This document shows positions 10,850 through 23,093 of a stretch of DNA of 50,248 nt, piece by piece. The stretch spans positions 55,462 to 105,709 of the forward strand of contig MQRK01217301.1 in NCBI GenBank assembly GCA_001938485.1, in the 5' to 3' direction. The notes below the pieces were generated by a model. The model searched no databases, was not told the DNA's origin, and saw only the letters and a list, made by a program, of their open reading frames with translations. The stretch's first letter is position 1, and each line of letters begins with the position of its first letter. Origin of the DNA: Girardia tigrina (taxonomy: Eukaryota). Made by a program: the position numbers and the translations under genes.

Positions 10850-13800
10850 CTCCGCGGGAGTCTAGTGTGCGCGGAGAAACGGAGAATTCATAGCCGCGTT
10901 TGAAGTAAGTTGCCAATCGTGAATGTGAGGCGTGTATAACTACAAACCAGAGTCAATTGGTATTTGTGGCCGCATCAGGTGGTGTAGCTTTAAGACTGGT
11001 CAGGGTATTTAACGCAGCTTTGATTTGGCTTGAGTCTCAAATTTTAGGCGTTCAGAAAATTCGAAATTCAAAACTCTCGAATCGGCTTCCTCTGCCGCTA
11101 TGTACTTCTTCAGATGGTCCAAAAAGTGTAAATTGCGTTTTCAAACACCGGATAGTTTCAGTCGTCGTAACCATTCTCAGCAATAAATGTATAGGGGAAT
11201 CGAGACCACGCATCCAGTACCATAAAGATGCATTTGTGTCCATTCAAATCAACTTTTGGGCCCATGAAATCGATTGACCGGAATTTCTATAATCTCCGCA
11301 AGGGAATATTGTGGCCGTTCTTCAGCATCTCAAACCTTGGCTTCATTTTCTTGCATAACGAATAGTTAAAGCTGCATTGTCTGAAGCCTCCTTTGACATC
11401 TGAAATATCTAAATTTCTTGTTTTGATGAACATTTTGATGTGCATCAATCCTTGGTGGCTCATACTTTCATAGATGGTTTAAATGAGATTTTTTGGTCTT
11501 CAGTAATAATGAACACTCTACTAAGAGCATTGGTAACATCATTAGATTTTCCCGGAGGGTATTTTAGTTAGAAATTATATTAAGACAGATCAATTCACCA
11601 GAACAATATAAGCTTGTCCTAAACGTTTCCGGTCAATAATGAAAATACAATTTTTTTCAAATTTTTTGGCATTATTTATTTGATATTGATATTGATATAT
11701 ATATATATATATATATATATCGATTTATTTATAGCATTATATGGACTACGAGATTACAAAGCTTTAAATCAGTGTGTTGCTGCGTCACTATTCGAAAAAT
11801 ATCTTTGCGTTCTACGCATTTTCCTGGATTTTCTGTCTAAAATGAAAGCTACTCCTTTGTTCCATAATTCATAGCATTTCCAAGAAAAATTGGCGAAACG
11901 GGTTCACATCTGAAATAATTTCGAATGCCTCTAACTCTCCTCAAGTCTATTTCTTTTCAACGTCATGTAGTCTGTACAAAAGAAATAGGGTGTTCAGTTT
12001 GCAATAAACTTTCTCCGATACATGCAGACGAGGTATCTATCTCGAGGATCAGTGGGAAATCGTTATCCAACGGTACCACTAAGGAAGTATTTTTAATTGA
12101 TCTCTTCAGTGATGAGATAGCTACAACACATTCCTCGGTGAGTAAAACTTTTCGATTCGTTTTAGCAACATAAAGAAACCAATGATAATGACAAAGTCTT
12201 TGGTCCATTTTAAATAGTAAATACAGAGATCATTAAAGCTTTCAAGCTCTTAGCTTGTTTTTGGGATAGGAACATTCATTAAAGGAGATAATCATGAATC
12301 ATCGGGTTCCATTTTTCATTCTTGAAAGTGTGGCATGGGAGCAATAATTTTGTCTTAGAAAAGCAACATTTTTCATTGTTGAATGTCAGGTTTAATACCT
12401 GAGCTCTTTTGAAAAATGCTTCCAATATGCACTGTTCTTCCTTATTCTTTCAAAAACTACTATTTTATCAAAGTAGTGAACCATCCCATTCAAACCACAA
12501 AGAACATGATTAATGAAGTGACAGAAGGCTGACGCACCGTTTGTAATCATAATAGGTAGGCGGGTGGATTGCCAGAGATCTATAAGTGTTTGCTTTTTGT
12601 CAATGAGAGGCACTTAGAAGTAAGCAGACTTCAGATCGAATGTGCTGAATATTTTATTTTCATAAAATTATTCCAGAGTCCCCAGAATTAACGGAATAAT
12701 GTTTTCGTCTAACTCAGTGAAATGGTTAATTCTGAAAGCATAATTCCCAACCATGTGCAGTTTACCACCTGGATTTTTCATTACCACCACTTCAACTTGA
12801 ATTTCTCGATAATATCTTCTAGCGACAATTTTTTCAAGTCATCAGTAATAAATTGCCTTTCCAATTTCGTCCTGTACCGTGACGATGCCTGAATCGCCTT
12901 AGCCGTTTCTCGAATTTTATTGCTGTAAATAAGTTGAATATTCAGCAAATAAGCTTTACTTTATTTAAATTGGGATGGAGTTGTTGTAGAAGACACGGTC
13001 AAGATTGGTAGTTTTCCAGGGAATCACAAGTGAATCTTTTAAAATTTAGAAAGGCGGACATGCTCAGAATCGCCTTTTTGCACAGCTGGTCAACGTCATA
13101 AATCGGCGAATTTATAGCAGCCCCGTTCAAGAACTGAATATACATCGTAGTTCCTCGTACAGCATTCAAATTGCTTTCAATAGCGACTCAGATGTCAGCA
13201 GGGTTCTGTCAACCGTATTCTAAATTTAGCTGCAATTTCCTTCGATAGCGAAAACAAATCACTACCTATATCGATAAGCCATTTTAGCAGGCGTCCCTTT
13301 GTAGTGACCTCCATGTGTTTTTGTCTAGATTCTTGTCCATCTCTCCGCCAAATCGTTCCCACAACCAAAGTATTACATGTTTTCCATTGTTGCTAAAGTG
13401 TCCGACTTTGTGATAGTTAAAATGTTGCTGACCATTAGCGGGGCAATCCACTCTTTGGTGATTTTGCGTCGATCTATACCAGTCACACTTCCTTTGTCGT
13501 CCTTTTTCATTGGTCCTTGCTCTCAATAGGTGCCATGTTTAATGAGTTTGTGGGTTGATTGTACAGTTGAAGTTTGAATGTTATTTGTGTAGCTTCTTCC
13601 TAATCCAAGGTGAGGCAATTTTCTTGCCTGTATTGCTTGGCGAATTCCAGGCACACAGCCTTTCTAACTTCATCCTCTTTGAGACTCAAAAAGAAAGCAT
13701 CACGAAGAGCTTCATCTGCATAATCGATATGGAATTCATAATATTGGCAAGTTTTCCGTAATTGGCTAACAAAGCTATTGATGGATTGATCTGTTTCTTA

Positions 13801-13990
13801 CTTGCTAGTATGTAGAGTCAATTGTTCTCGTAATATATATTTGATCCTTCTATTTTGCGTCGCAAGAGGGCGATTGCGCTAGAGTCTTCTGTCATTCAAG
13901 CATTTTTATCCTCAGCTGATATTTTTAGCTAAGTGATTTCGTCATAAAATGATGCTAAATAGGAGCCAAATGCAGAGCAATAATAAATCC
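10850..13990 (-). mobile_element. Decayed Gypsy LTR retrotransposon (gag knuckle, protease, RT, RNase H, integrase)
   Basis: Minus-strand order: CDWYRSTQNHQRVDCPANGQQHFNYHKVGHF (gag knuckle, ~13400-13490), LIDIGSD (protease, ~13260-13280), FSTFDLKSAYF and ITNGASAF..HYFDKIVVF (RT, ~12450-12650), LEIDTSSACIG..HPISF (RNase H, ~11980-12045), VLDAWSRFP (integrase, ~11200). Confidence 0.88.
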
Positions 13991-14289
13991 AGAATGTGAT
14001 TTTCTTTGGTCTTTGAAATGCGCATGAATCTGTCAAACTGTTTAACAAATAGGCAAAGCCGTCTCGAGTAACTGCCATTAACGTTAATGTAGTAATTTTG
14101 ACCTTACGATCCTAGAAACATGTTTTAATTCGAGAAACAGTCAATCATATTTAATGCTCGGATCTACAAATACACATTCACAGTAAAAATAACATTGTAA
14201 CAAATTAGCAATAATTATAACAGTAGCAAAATCAGCAAAGTCAACATGGCATCGACCTCACAACCACCCCAACTAATGATACAAGGAAA

Positions 14290-14407
14290 CAAACAACAAT
14301 CAAATTCTAACATACAACAAATGAAAAACTATCAACGTGGTGCTCATGGATATTTTAACAAAAATATTTTGTTTTTGTTAAGTGGATCTAATTAAAATAA
14401 TATACAT
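14290..14407. repeat. 118-bp segment whose exact inverted copy is at 15581-15698
   Basis: Base-by-base reverse-complement identity by eye. Confidence 0.95.
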
Positions 14408-15133
14408 GAACACAATTTTGAATTTAATTAAAAAATACATTTGTTTTCTCGACCATGTGCGTTTTTTGATTTTAAATAATTAAACATCATGTGTCATTTC
14501 GGAGATCTCTGCGCTCCTACCTGCGCGTCATTGACTAACAAGCCGGTCGGACCGAATCCGGTGATGTTATGTGCGACCCGATGGCGCATTGCCAGTCGTC
14601 AGGAATTGGCCCGTCGAACCGACCGACGTCGGGTAAGCAGAGCAATTGTACGGCCCACCGTTGCGGATTTCCCTGATCAACGGAGAACCAAGGCACATCA
14701 ACCGCAAATTTCGGAGAGTATAATCAGACATCTAATAATGCACATCAAATAAAGTTGAAAGATATAAAAAATATTTCACTAAATACAAATGCTTACTATG
14801 GCTTGGTGTTTTTTATTATCCAGCATTCCAGGGGAATCTGCCAGTGTAATCAAATCACCCACTCAGAGTGTACCCCAAACGTCTGTCTCTTAACTGCTTT
14901 ACTTCCTGTAGGCCGTGAGCGACAGATTTGGCAAGATGCTTCACCTTACTTCACTTCTCGTGTAAATGATGACAGAATTCGTCAAGTATCCCAATCGACT
15001 TTTAAAGAATTGACATCTCGAGCATATCTTATACTGCATTATTGTTTATATAGAAAGATGACCATTCCGTCACAGTGTGATACGTCAAAATACTCTAATT
15101 GACATAACACACTGTGACGTAATGGTTATCTTT

Positions 15134-15384
15134 CTACACCATTTCAACTAGTACTTCAAAGAATAACAAGTGAATTTCAAATTTTAAAATTGTATTTCAA
15201 ATAATAACAATTGTATTTTAAATTCGTAAATTGTATTTCAAAAATTAACAATTGTATTTCAAAAATTAAAAATTGTATTCCAAAGAATAACAAAAATATT
15301 TCATAATTCTTTAATTTTAATTTAATTTTTACATTTTAAATTTTTCAGGTACTTTTTTATATTATTTTCAGTTTAATTTTAATC
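15134..15384. mobile_element. Truncated copy of the CTACACCATTTC-ended foldback/MITE family
   Basis: Same terminus, ttgtatttcaaa subrepeats and ~100 bp near-identical internal block as 17129-17340. Confidence 0.75.
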
Positions 15385-15398
15385 ATAATGGTGTATAT

Positions 15399-16324
15399 CA
15401 GGCATGTCAAACTCGCGGCCCGCAATGGATTTAAAATTTTAACAAATTTTTAAAATTTTCTAAAAAAATCTATTTTAAAAATCAAATTTATTGAAAAAAT
15501 AAAAACAAATCTTGGTGAAAATTTGATGTATATTATTTAATTTTGATTTGATTATTTGATTTTGATTATTTGATTTGAAAATGTATATTATTTTAATTAG
15601 ATCCACTTAACAAAAACAAAATATTTTTGTTAAAATATCCATGAGCACCACGTTGATAGTTTTTCATTTGTTGTATGTTAGAATTTGATTGTTGTTTGAA
15701 CCTTTGAAACTTTGAAAAGAGGTTTTCGGATTTTCAAAGTAGGAGTCTCATTTAAATATTTTTTGCTCTCCGATGTCTGTTGACATTGAAAATATTGATG
15801 AAAATTTGCAAATCGAGTTTATAGAACTACGATGCGACACTTTATTGAACCAAAAATATAAGAAAATTGGTATTCCAGAATTTTACGGATACTTCCGCAG
15901 GTCGTTTTCCAAGAATTTTACATTTTGTTATTCGCATATTATCCATGTTTGGTAGCACATATATTTGTGAACAGCTTTTTTTCACAAATGAAGATGAATA
16001 AAACTGCACAGCGAACTAGATTGACTGAAGAACATTTAGCATTAATTTTAAAAATTACATCAAGCCAATATTTTATACCAAATTTTGATGATTTGAAAAA
16101 TGAGAAGCGGTGCATTATATCCAGCAAAAAATAAATCATATTCTTTTTTATTAATAAATGTTTCTATAAAAAATTTTTTTGTTTTCTTTATGGTAAATTT
16201 ATATTCAATTAACACTCAAAGTTTGAATTTTTAATAAACCTTAGTAGATGTGGCCCGAAAAAAGATTTTGAAGACAATTTTCGATGAATTTGGCCCGTAT
16301 ACCGAAATGAGTTTGACAAGCCTG
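15399..16324 (+). mobile_element. Non-autonomous hAT (Buster-type) deletion derivative, 926 bp
   Basis: 16-bp TIRs CAGGCATGTCAAACTC / GAGTTTGACAAGCCTG (1 mismatch) and 8-bp TSD gtgtatat / gtgtacat. Retains the transposase C-terminal region (LQIEFIELRCD..., FSQMKMNKTAQRTRLTEEHL). Confidence 0.95.
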
Positions 16325-16358
16325 GTGTACATAAACAATAACTTTCTTATTAAATACA

Positions 16359-16396
16359 GAACTGATGAGGCCACAAAAGTGACGAAACATGTTTTC
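16359..16396 (+). ncRNA. Minimal type I hammerhead ribozyme motif (Penelope-type), degenerate
   Basis: gaa-CTGATGA-g-GCCAC-aaaa-GTGAC-GAAACATGT-t-ttc, followed by AATAAA. Palindromic stem III (ACATGT), one stem II mismatch, GUU at the cleavage triplet. Confidence 0.6.
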
Positions 16397-17128
16397 GAAT
16401 AAAAATTTAAAATTAAAATTATGTTTAATTACTAAATTACCATTTGATTTAAAGAAATTAAATTTATATAAAGTATTTATGTATTTTATTTACCTTTTTA
16501 CTTAAATCTAAATATTTTGCTTTTTATTTTATTCAACTGCTACTGCTTATATTCATGTCTGAAATTCATTTCTTACGTTAAAACATAAAGACAAAGAATA
16601 TTAAGAATATTTATTATTACACTAGAAAAATAAAACTAATAAACATTCCAAAATATATTTTAACTGGCATATCGTTCTCCAGTTAGCGATCTCGTCATAT
16701 TCCCCAGTATACGTATAATATATTATAATTACTGTAATCTCCCTCAGTAACCTCACTAATTATTAGATTTCCTAGAGTTCTTTCAACATCAAAATCAAAA
16801 CAAAGCAAATTTCTTACACATGGTTTAATCTCTGAAAAACATTTTCTATTTCATGAAGCATGCAGAGATAGGGGTATATAAGTCCATTATAACCCAGAAA
16901 TTACTCTCTCAAGATCACTTCACTTATAGATTCTTGCATCGTCAATAAGGTTCATTGATCCTTGTGTTCTTTCGAATTCGAAATATATTGATGAATTCAG
17001 TTCGAAATACATATTAAAAATATTTACAATGAAGAAAAAATTAATGAAAACAACTAAGTATTTTCAAAAATTGAATTTATATTTAAAATCAGTTCAAAAC
17101 TAAAAAAATCATTTCCAAATGAAAAATT

Positions 17129-17686
17129 CTACATCGTTTCAAGTTGTATTTCAAAAAATAACAATTGAATTTCAAATTTGAAAATAACAAACTACAAATA
17201 ATAGCAATTGTAGTTCAAAAAATAAAAGTTGTATTTCAAATAATAACAAAAATATTTCATAATTCTTTAATTTTAATTTAATTTTTACATTTTAAATTTC
17301 TCGGGTACTTTTTGATATTATTTTCAGTTTAATTTTAATCTTAAGTTTTAGAAAAGAATCTACAAGGTTGTGATATGTGACCCATGCTGTCATCTCTTAA
17401 AAAAGGTCCTATTCACCAATGGAGAAGCAACTTGCCCAAACTGTTGCTCACTGCTTACAGAAAGTGAAGTAATTAAGAGGCAATTTTTGTTTGACTTACC
17501 AAATTTTGTCTTTTTTGTGTTTGTATTATGAAGAGATGACATGATTTTATTTGTCAGCGATTAGAATTGGAGTTGTAGGAAGCTATTTATTTTTATTTTT
17601 TGAAATACAATTTACGAATTTGAAATACAATTTTAAAATTTGAAATTCAATCGTTATTCTTTGAAATATATGCTGAAATGGTGTAG
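17129..17686. mobile_element. Foldback/MITE with long subrepeated TIRs, ~360 bp upstream of the canonical CysRS start
   Basis: Left end CTACATCGTTTCAA..., right end ...TGAAATGGTGTAG. The right arm is a close reverse complement of 15134-15245. Flanks aatt/agtt may be a 4-bp TSD. Confidence 0.75.
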
Positions 17687-18045
17687 AGTTAAAATATTCG
17701 TGCTTACATATTTAAAAATTATTTTAATTATTATAATTTTTAATTAAATAATTATATTAATGGCTTTGAAATGGTATATAAAGCATATTAAATACAATAT
17801 CATTTTTAAAAAAATTAATAAAATCGACAATATTGCTAAATCGATTAATTTTCCGCAAAATATAACTCTAAAAATTAATTTCCTTACGAAAATTAATTGA
17901 AAATTGATTTTGCAAAATATCGATTTAAATATTATCGGTACAAAAAAATATTTTTTGTTTAAATATTGGCGAAATAAAATTTATTTCATCATTTTAGAAC
18001 AACAAATTAATTCGACTGATCCGACGATTTCAAGCAACCTATCAA

Positions 18046-19184
18046 ATGGACAAGAAGCGCACCAAACCGAAATGGGTCATCCCGACCAACGAGGCACAGA
18101 TCCCCAGCATCAAGTTGTACAACAGCCTCACCAACCGCAAGGAGACGTTCAAGCCGGCCGTCGGCAACCACGTCGAGTGGTACAGCTGCGGCCCGACCGT
18201 CTACGACTCGTCTCACATGGGACACGCCCGCACCTACATCTCCATCGACATCCTTCGTCGCGTCTTGAAGGACTACTTCAAATTCGATGTGCACTTCGTC
18301 ATGAATATCACGGACATCGACGACAAGATCATCAAGCGCGCCCGGCAGAGACACCTCTTCGACCAGTATCTCCATGACCACAAGACCTCCTCGACTGCCG
18401 CTCTGACGGCCGATATCAACCACTCGAGACAATTCATTAAAACAAAACACGACCGAGAGACCGACGGCGACAAGAAGGCGATGTACTTGAGAGAGATGAA
18501 ACGGATCGATGAGGTGTTGGCTGTCGGCAAGAATGGGGGCGAGATCATTGGGCGACTGGACGAGATCCGGGATCCGTTGTCGGACTGGCTCGACTGGGAG
18601 AGAGGGAAGCACGTGACGGACAACTCGATATTCGAGGATTTGCCGAGAATGTACGAGCGAGAGTTTCTCGAGGACATGAAGAACTTGAATGTGCTCCCGG
18701 CCGATCGATTGACGCGTGTCAGCGAGTACATCAAACAGATCGTCGATTTTATATTGAAAATCATCAAAAATGGATTCGCGTACGAAGCGGACGGATCGGT
18801 CTATTTCGATACCGACAAGTTCGACAAGAGCGATAAATTCTTTTACGCGAAATTGTGTCCGACGGCGTTTGCGGGGGAAAGTTTCATGGCGTTGTTGAAA
18901 GAAGGCGAGGGCGTCTTGACGCAACAAGAGACGGCTGAAAATCGACCCGGGGACTCGGGGAAGAGGAGCGAGGCGGACTTTGCGTTGTGGAAGAGGTCGA
19001 AGGCCGGGGAACCGAGTTGGGATAGTCCGTGGGGCAAGGGTCGACCCGGGTGGCACATCGAGTGCTCGGCGATGGCTGCTGACACTTGTGGAGATCGATT
19101 GGATATTCACACCGGTGGCGTTGACTTGAAGTTCCCGCATCATGACAACGAGATCGCGCAATCGGAGGCGGCATTAAACACGCA
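18046..19184 (+). CDS. CARS1: Cysteinyl-tRNA synthetase (canonical, 3 exons, 778 aa), exon 1
   Basis: [30 protein letters not shown]. Donor CA|GTAAGT at 19185 (phase 2). Exons of 1139+347+851 = 2337 nt join in frame and are colinear with the intronless copy. Confidence 0.97.
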
Positions 19185-19758
19185 GTAAGTATTGATTAAT
19201 ATTGGTGTAGTTGATTATCAGTCCGCACTGGTTTAAAGGTATAAATCAATGGAAACAATTTAACTGTGACTGCGTTTTGGACATTCGTTATGTATAATAT
19301 CTTAATTTAATCTGTTTTTTTGAGGAATTTGTTTTTAATTTAATTTTTTAAATATTTATTAATTTATTTTTCTAAATTTTTAAAATTGATTTATTATAAA
19401 ACTAATACATTTCAATAAAAAATTGATTGAAAATATAGCTTTCTTGTCTGGAACAAATCTTGCGATTGATTTTTCGACCACTTTCAGTCATCCAATTGAG
19501 CGGAATTTTTTTATACAGGCTTGCTTCCGATGACAATACAATATTTTAAAACATTTACGGCTCTACATAAACCGCATATGCTATAATTTAACTTTATGAA
19601 AAAAATCAATAATATTAATTAATACGTACAAAAAAAATATTTTGAAATAAAATTTGCTTTTATTAAAATAAAACTTTGTTATTTTGGTTTTATTATCATT
19701 TCTGTTATTCGAAATCAATCGAAATATTTTAATTCCTAAATGATAACTAAAAATAGTA

Positions 19759-20104
19759 AAATAATATTATTAATAAAAAATTTTTTTATAAAAACAACCA
19801 CGTTTTTCAAGCATTACCAATGCACTAAAAAGAGGAAAATAATTATTTTTCTAGACATGTGAGAAATTTTATACCTAACCAAAAACGTGGGGCATAGAAA
19901 TGATCGATTGTTACTGAAAAGCAGTAAAGAGGAAATAGTAGTTACTAATAGCAGTAATTAAGAAATCCGCCCCACGTTTTTGGTTAGGTATAAAATTTCA
20001 CACATGTCTAGACAAAAAAATTATTTTCCTCTTTTTAGTGCATTGGTAATGCTTGAAAAACGTGGTTGTTTTTATAAAACAATTTTTTATTAATAATATT
20101 ATTT
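19759..20104. repeat. Long near-perfect inverted repeat (~135-bp arms, 75-bp spacer) in intron 1
   Basis: 19759-19893 is the reverse complement of 19969-20104 with few mismatches. Confidence 0.92.
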
Positions 20105-20214
20105 ACATTGTTATTTATATTAAAATATCATTTAACTAAATAGAATAAAAAACAAAAATATTATCATATATTAATTGAATATTAAAAAAATATTAAAAAT
20201 TAAAATAAAATAAT

Positions 20215-20284
20215 TGGGTATAGTTCCGTACGGCCCCAGTAAAAATAAAATTATTTTTCTGGTGTCCATACGGAACTATACCCA
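20215..20284. repeat. 70-bp hairpin/mini-MITE in intron 1
   Basis: TGGGTATAGTTCCGTA ... TACGGAACTATACCCA with pairing that continues almost to the centre. Confidence 0.88.
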
Positions 20285-20975
20285 TTTAAAATTATTAACA
20301 AAAATAACAGAAACAAATTCATATTTTTTTGACAATCTTATTTGTACAATATCTGAAAAATAATTGAAAATTGAATGAAAAAAATTTTTATAAATCCATT
20401 AAAATATTATTATTTTAAAAATAATGAAGAAATTTATAATAAATCCGAGACATTTAAACAATTTAACTGACAATAATTTAAATTGTTACCATTGATTTTT
20501 ACATTTAAACCCAATGGGGACCCAAAATATTTGAAGTTAATTAAATTCTTTAAATAATAATTGGAATTCTAAATAATTAATTTACTAAGAGACGCAGAAA
20601 ATATACTGATTATAAAGACGAATTAAAATAATTAAAAATAATTTTCCACATTCAAACGTAAATATAGAGAAATATTTGTGCTTTAAAGAATCAATAATTT
20701 TTAATTATGTAAAATTATATAACTCATTTTAGAGTAACAAATTAAGTTGCAATTTTTTGGGGAATTAATTTTTAATTAATAAATTAAATTTATCTTAAAA
20801 TATAAACGGAATTCCAAAAAAATTTAAATGTTATAAAACTAAAAATATACATTTTGGAATAATAATATTAAATTATTATTTATTTTAAATAATAATTGAA
20901 ATTCTATATAATTAAAAAAGTATTAAAATAATAAAAAGTAATTATTATTATCTAAATTGTATTAGTCTTATGTAA

Positions 20976-21320
20976 TTAACAATAATTTTCCGTTTGTTAA
21001 AAGTAAATCAATAATTTTTAAAATATAAAAAAATTATATAAAATCTTTAGAGTCACTTAAAATAAATTTAATAGTATAAGTTATATGATATAATTTTTTT
21101 TCAAAATTTTATTAATAAATTATTTTGAATTTTAATTGAAATTCGTATTTAACAATTATTTTCCGTTTGTTAAAAGTAAATCAATAATTATTAAAATATG
21201 CAATAAAACATTTTTAGAGTCAAATAAATAATTTAATACTATAAAATATATGGTAAAAAAAGTTTTATTTCAAATTTTAATTAATAAAATATTTTTTTAG
21301 TTTTTATTGAAATTCTAAAT
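20976..21320. repeat. Degenerate ~175-bp tandem duplication in intron 1
   Basis: ttaacaaWWattttccgtttgttaaaagtaaatcaataatt...tttagagtca recurs at ~20976 and ~21149. Confidence 0.75.
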
Positions 21321-21444
21321 AATTATTTTTCGAAATTAAAATTATAATCAATGGAAATAATTTATGTACTTAATATTTTTTAACAATGATATTTTTCTTT
21401 TTCAATTTATTACTAAAATCGCACTGAAATGATCATTTTTTTAG

Positions 21445-21791
21445 TCAATGGGTGAACTATTTCTTACATACGGGCCATCTCACCATTTCCGGCTGCAAGA
21501 TGAGTAAGAGTCTCAAGAACTTTATTTCTATTCGCGAAGCACTACAGAATCATTCTGCACGTCAATTGCGTCTTTTGTTCTTGTTACAATCGTGGAAAGA
21601 TACACTCGATTATAGTGATGAAACCATGACTGAAGCTCTTGGATATGAGAAGCTGGTGATCGACTTCTTCTACACTATTTCCCACACGGTCCGGTATCAC
21701 AGCCACAACGATAACCTAAAACTGGTAGAAGATGTCGATTTGAAGAACTCCTTTGACAGTACTCGCGACAAGGTCCACCAGGCTCTTTCCG
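21445..21791 (+). CDS. CARS1: Cysteinyl-tRNA synthetase (canonical), exon 2 containing KMSKS
   Basis: Acceptor ttttttAG|T CAA TGG at 21444; HTGHLTISGCKMSKSLKNF; donor G|GTAATT at 21792 (phase 1). Confidence 0.96.
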
Positions 21792-22024
21792 GTAATTATT
21801 ATTATTTTTTGATCCCATATATCGACCTTACAACCTTTAATGTAAAATTTATATAAATAATTATTTATAACATTTCAATACGAATTATAATAATTTAAAA
21901 TTGTATTAGCTCTAATCGACATTTGCAAACACATAATTATTAAAATTATAACGGATGAAATTATTCAACAGACTTTATTGAGATGGAATGTAAATTGTCA
22001 CAATTGTAACACATTTGGTACGGC

Positions 22025-23085
22025 TGTTATATTACCCGCCACATATTATGTAATCTGCGAAGATTTATTTATTCTTTAAGATTAATTATTTATTTAATTA
22101 CTTTATTTAATAAATTAATAATAATTAATTAAATTTATTTTAATTAATTATTTAATTCATTGAATAAATAAATTTAAATTAAATAAATTTTAATTAATTA
22201 TTTATTTATTTTTATTAATTTAATTTAATAATTAATTTATTCTTTAAGATTAATTATTAATTTAATTTATTTTAATTAATTAAATTCATTGAATAAATAA
22301 ATTAGTGAATCAATAAATGAATAAAAAGTAAATAAAGTAAAGAATAAATTAATTATTGAATGAATAAATTATTTAATTTATTATTTATTTTATTAAAAAA
22401 ATTATTTAACAAATAAATTATTATTTTAATTATTTATTTTTTTATTAATTTAATTTAATTATTCTTTAAGATTAGTTATTTATTTAATTACTTTATTTAA
22501 TAAATTAATAATAATTAATAAAAATTAATTATTTTTAATGTATAAAAACATTTCAAATACATTCCAGAATCGTGCATATTGATAAATTGTTGTCTGTTGA
22601 TTAAAATTTTTCTTTAAAATCAGAACAAAACATTTAAATTGATTCCAAATAGAATTTCATCAACAGCACAATATTCCACATTTGCATGTAGAAGTATGCA
22701 TAATAATGAGAGAAAATAACTAAATCATTTCAAACATTTCCCTCATTAACATACTATCACCTTAAAGAGATACTTTCAATAAAATAATTCAATACTAAAA
22801 GTGGTCTCTCAAAACACTACTAATTTAATTAATTAATTTAATTCATTGAATCAATAAATCAATTATTACACAAATGAATAAAAAGTAAATAAAGTAAAGA
22901 ATAAATTAATTATTGAATGAATTAATTATTTAATTTATTATTTATTTTTTTAAAAAAAATAATTAATTATTTCATTTAATTATTAATTAACAATTTTATT
23001 CATCCATTCCACCAGTTATTCCTCTAATTCGTAACGAAATTATGTAATCTATACAGTTTACATAATATATGGGGGCAGTATAACA
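22025..23085. mobile_element. TIR-bounded element with AT-rich internal repeats in intron 2
   Basis: tgttatattacccgccacatattatgtaatctg versus reverse complement of the right end, tgttatactgcccccatatattatgtaaactg. Confidence 0.65.
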
Positions 23086-23093
23086 TTCTTTCC

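Larger units (their letters stand above)
19221..20521. mobile_element. Old TIR-bounded element in CysRS intron 1
   Basis: ~43-bp imperfect inverted repeats at 19221-19263 and 20478-20521 (gtccgcactggtttaaaggtataaatcaatggaaacaattta versus reverse-complement gtccccattgggtttaaatgtaaaaatcaatggtaacaattta). Confidence 0.6.

Noticed and set aside
18007-19161. 384-aa antisense ORF opposite CysRS exon 1 (and 301 aa at 5268-6173), tempting as a Rodin-Ohno sense/antisense gene
   Set aside because: It is in codon register with the sense frame and stays open simply because this GC-rich exon avoids TTA/CTA/TCA codons; no class II aaRS or other motifs.
18046-19188. 380-aa 'truncated CysRS' and separate 134-aa and 275-aa ORFs as a split enzyme
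   Set aside because: Canonical GT-AG junctions join them in frame into one 778-aa protein; the TAA lies within the donor GTAAGT.
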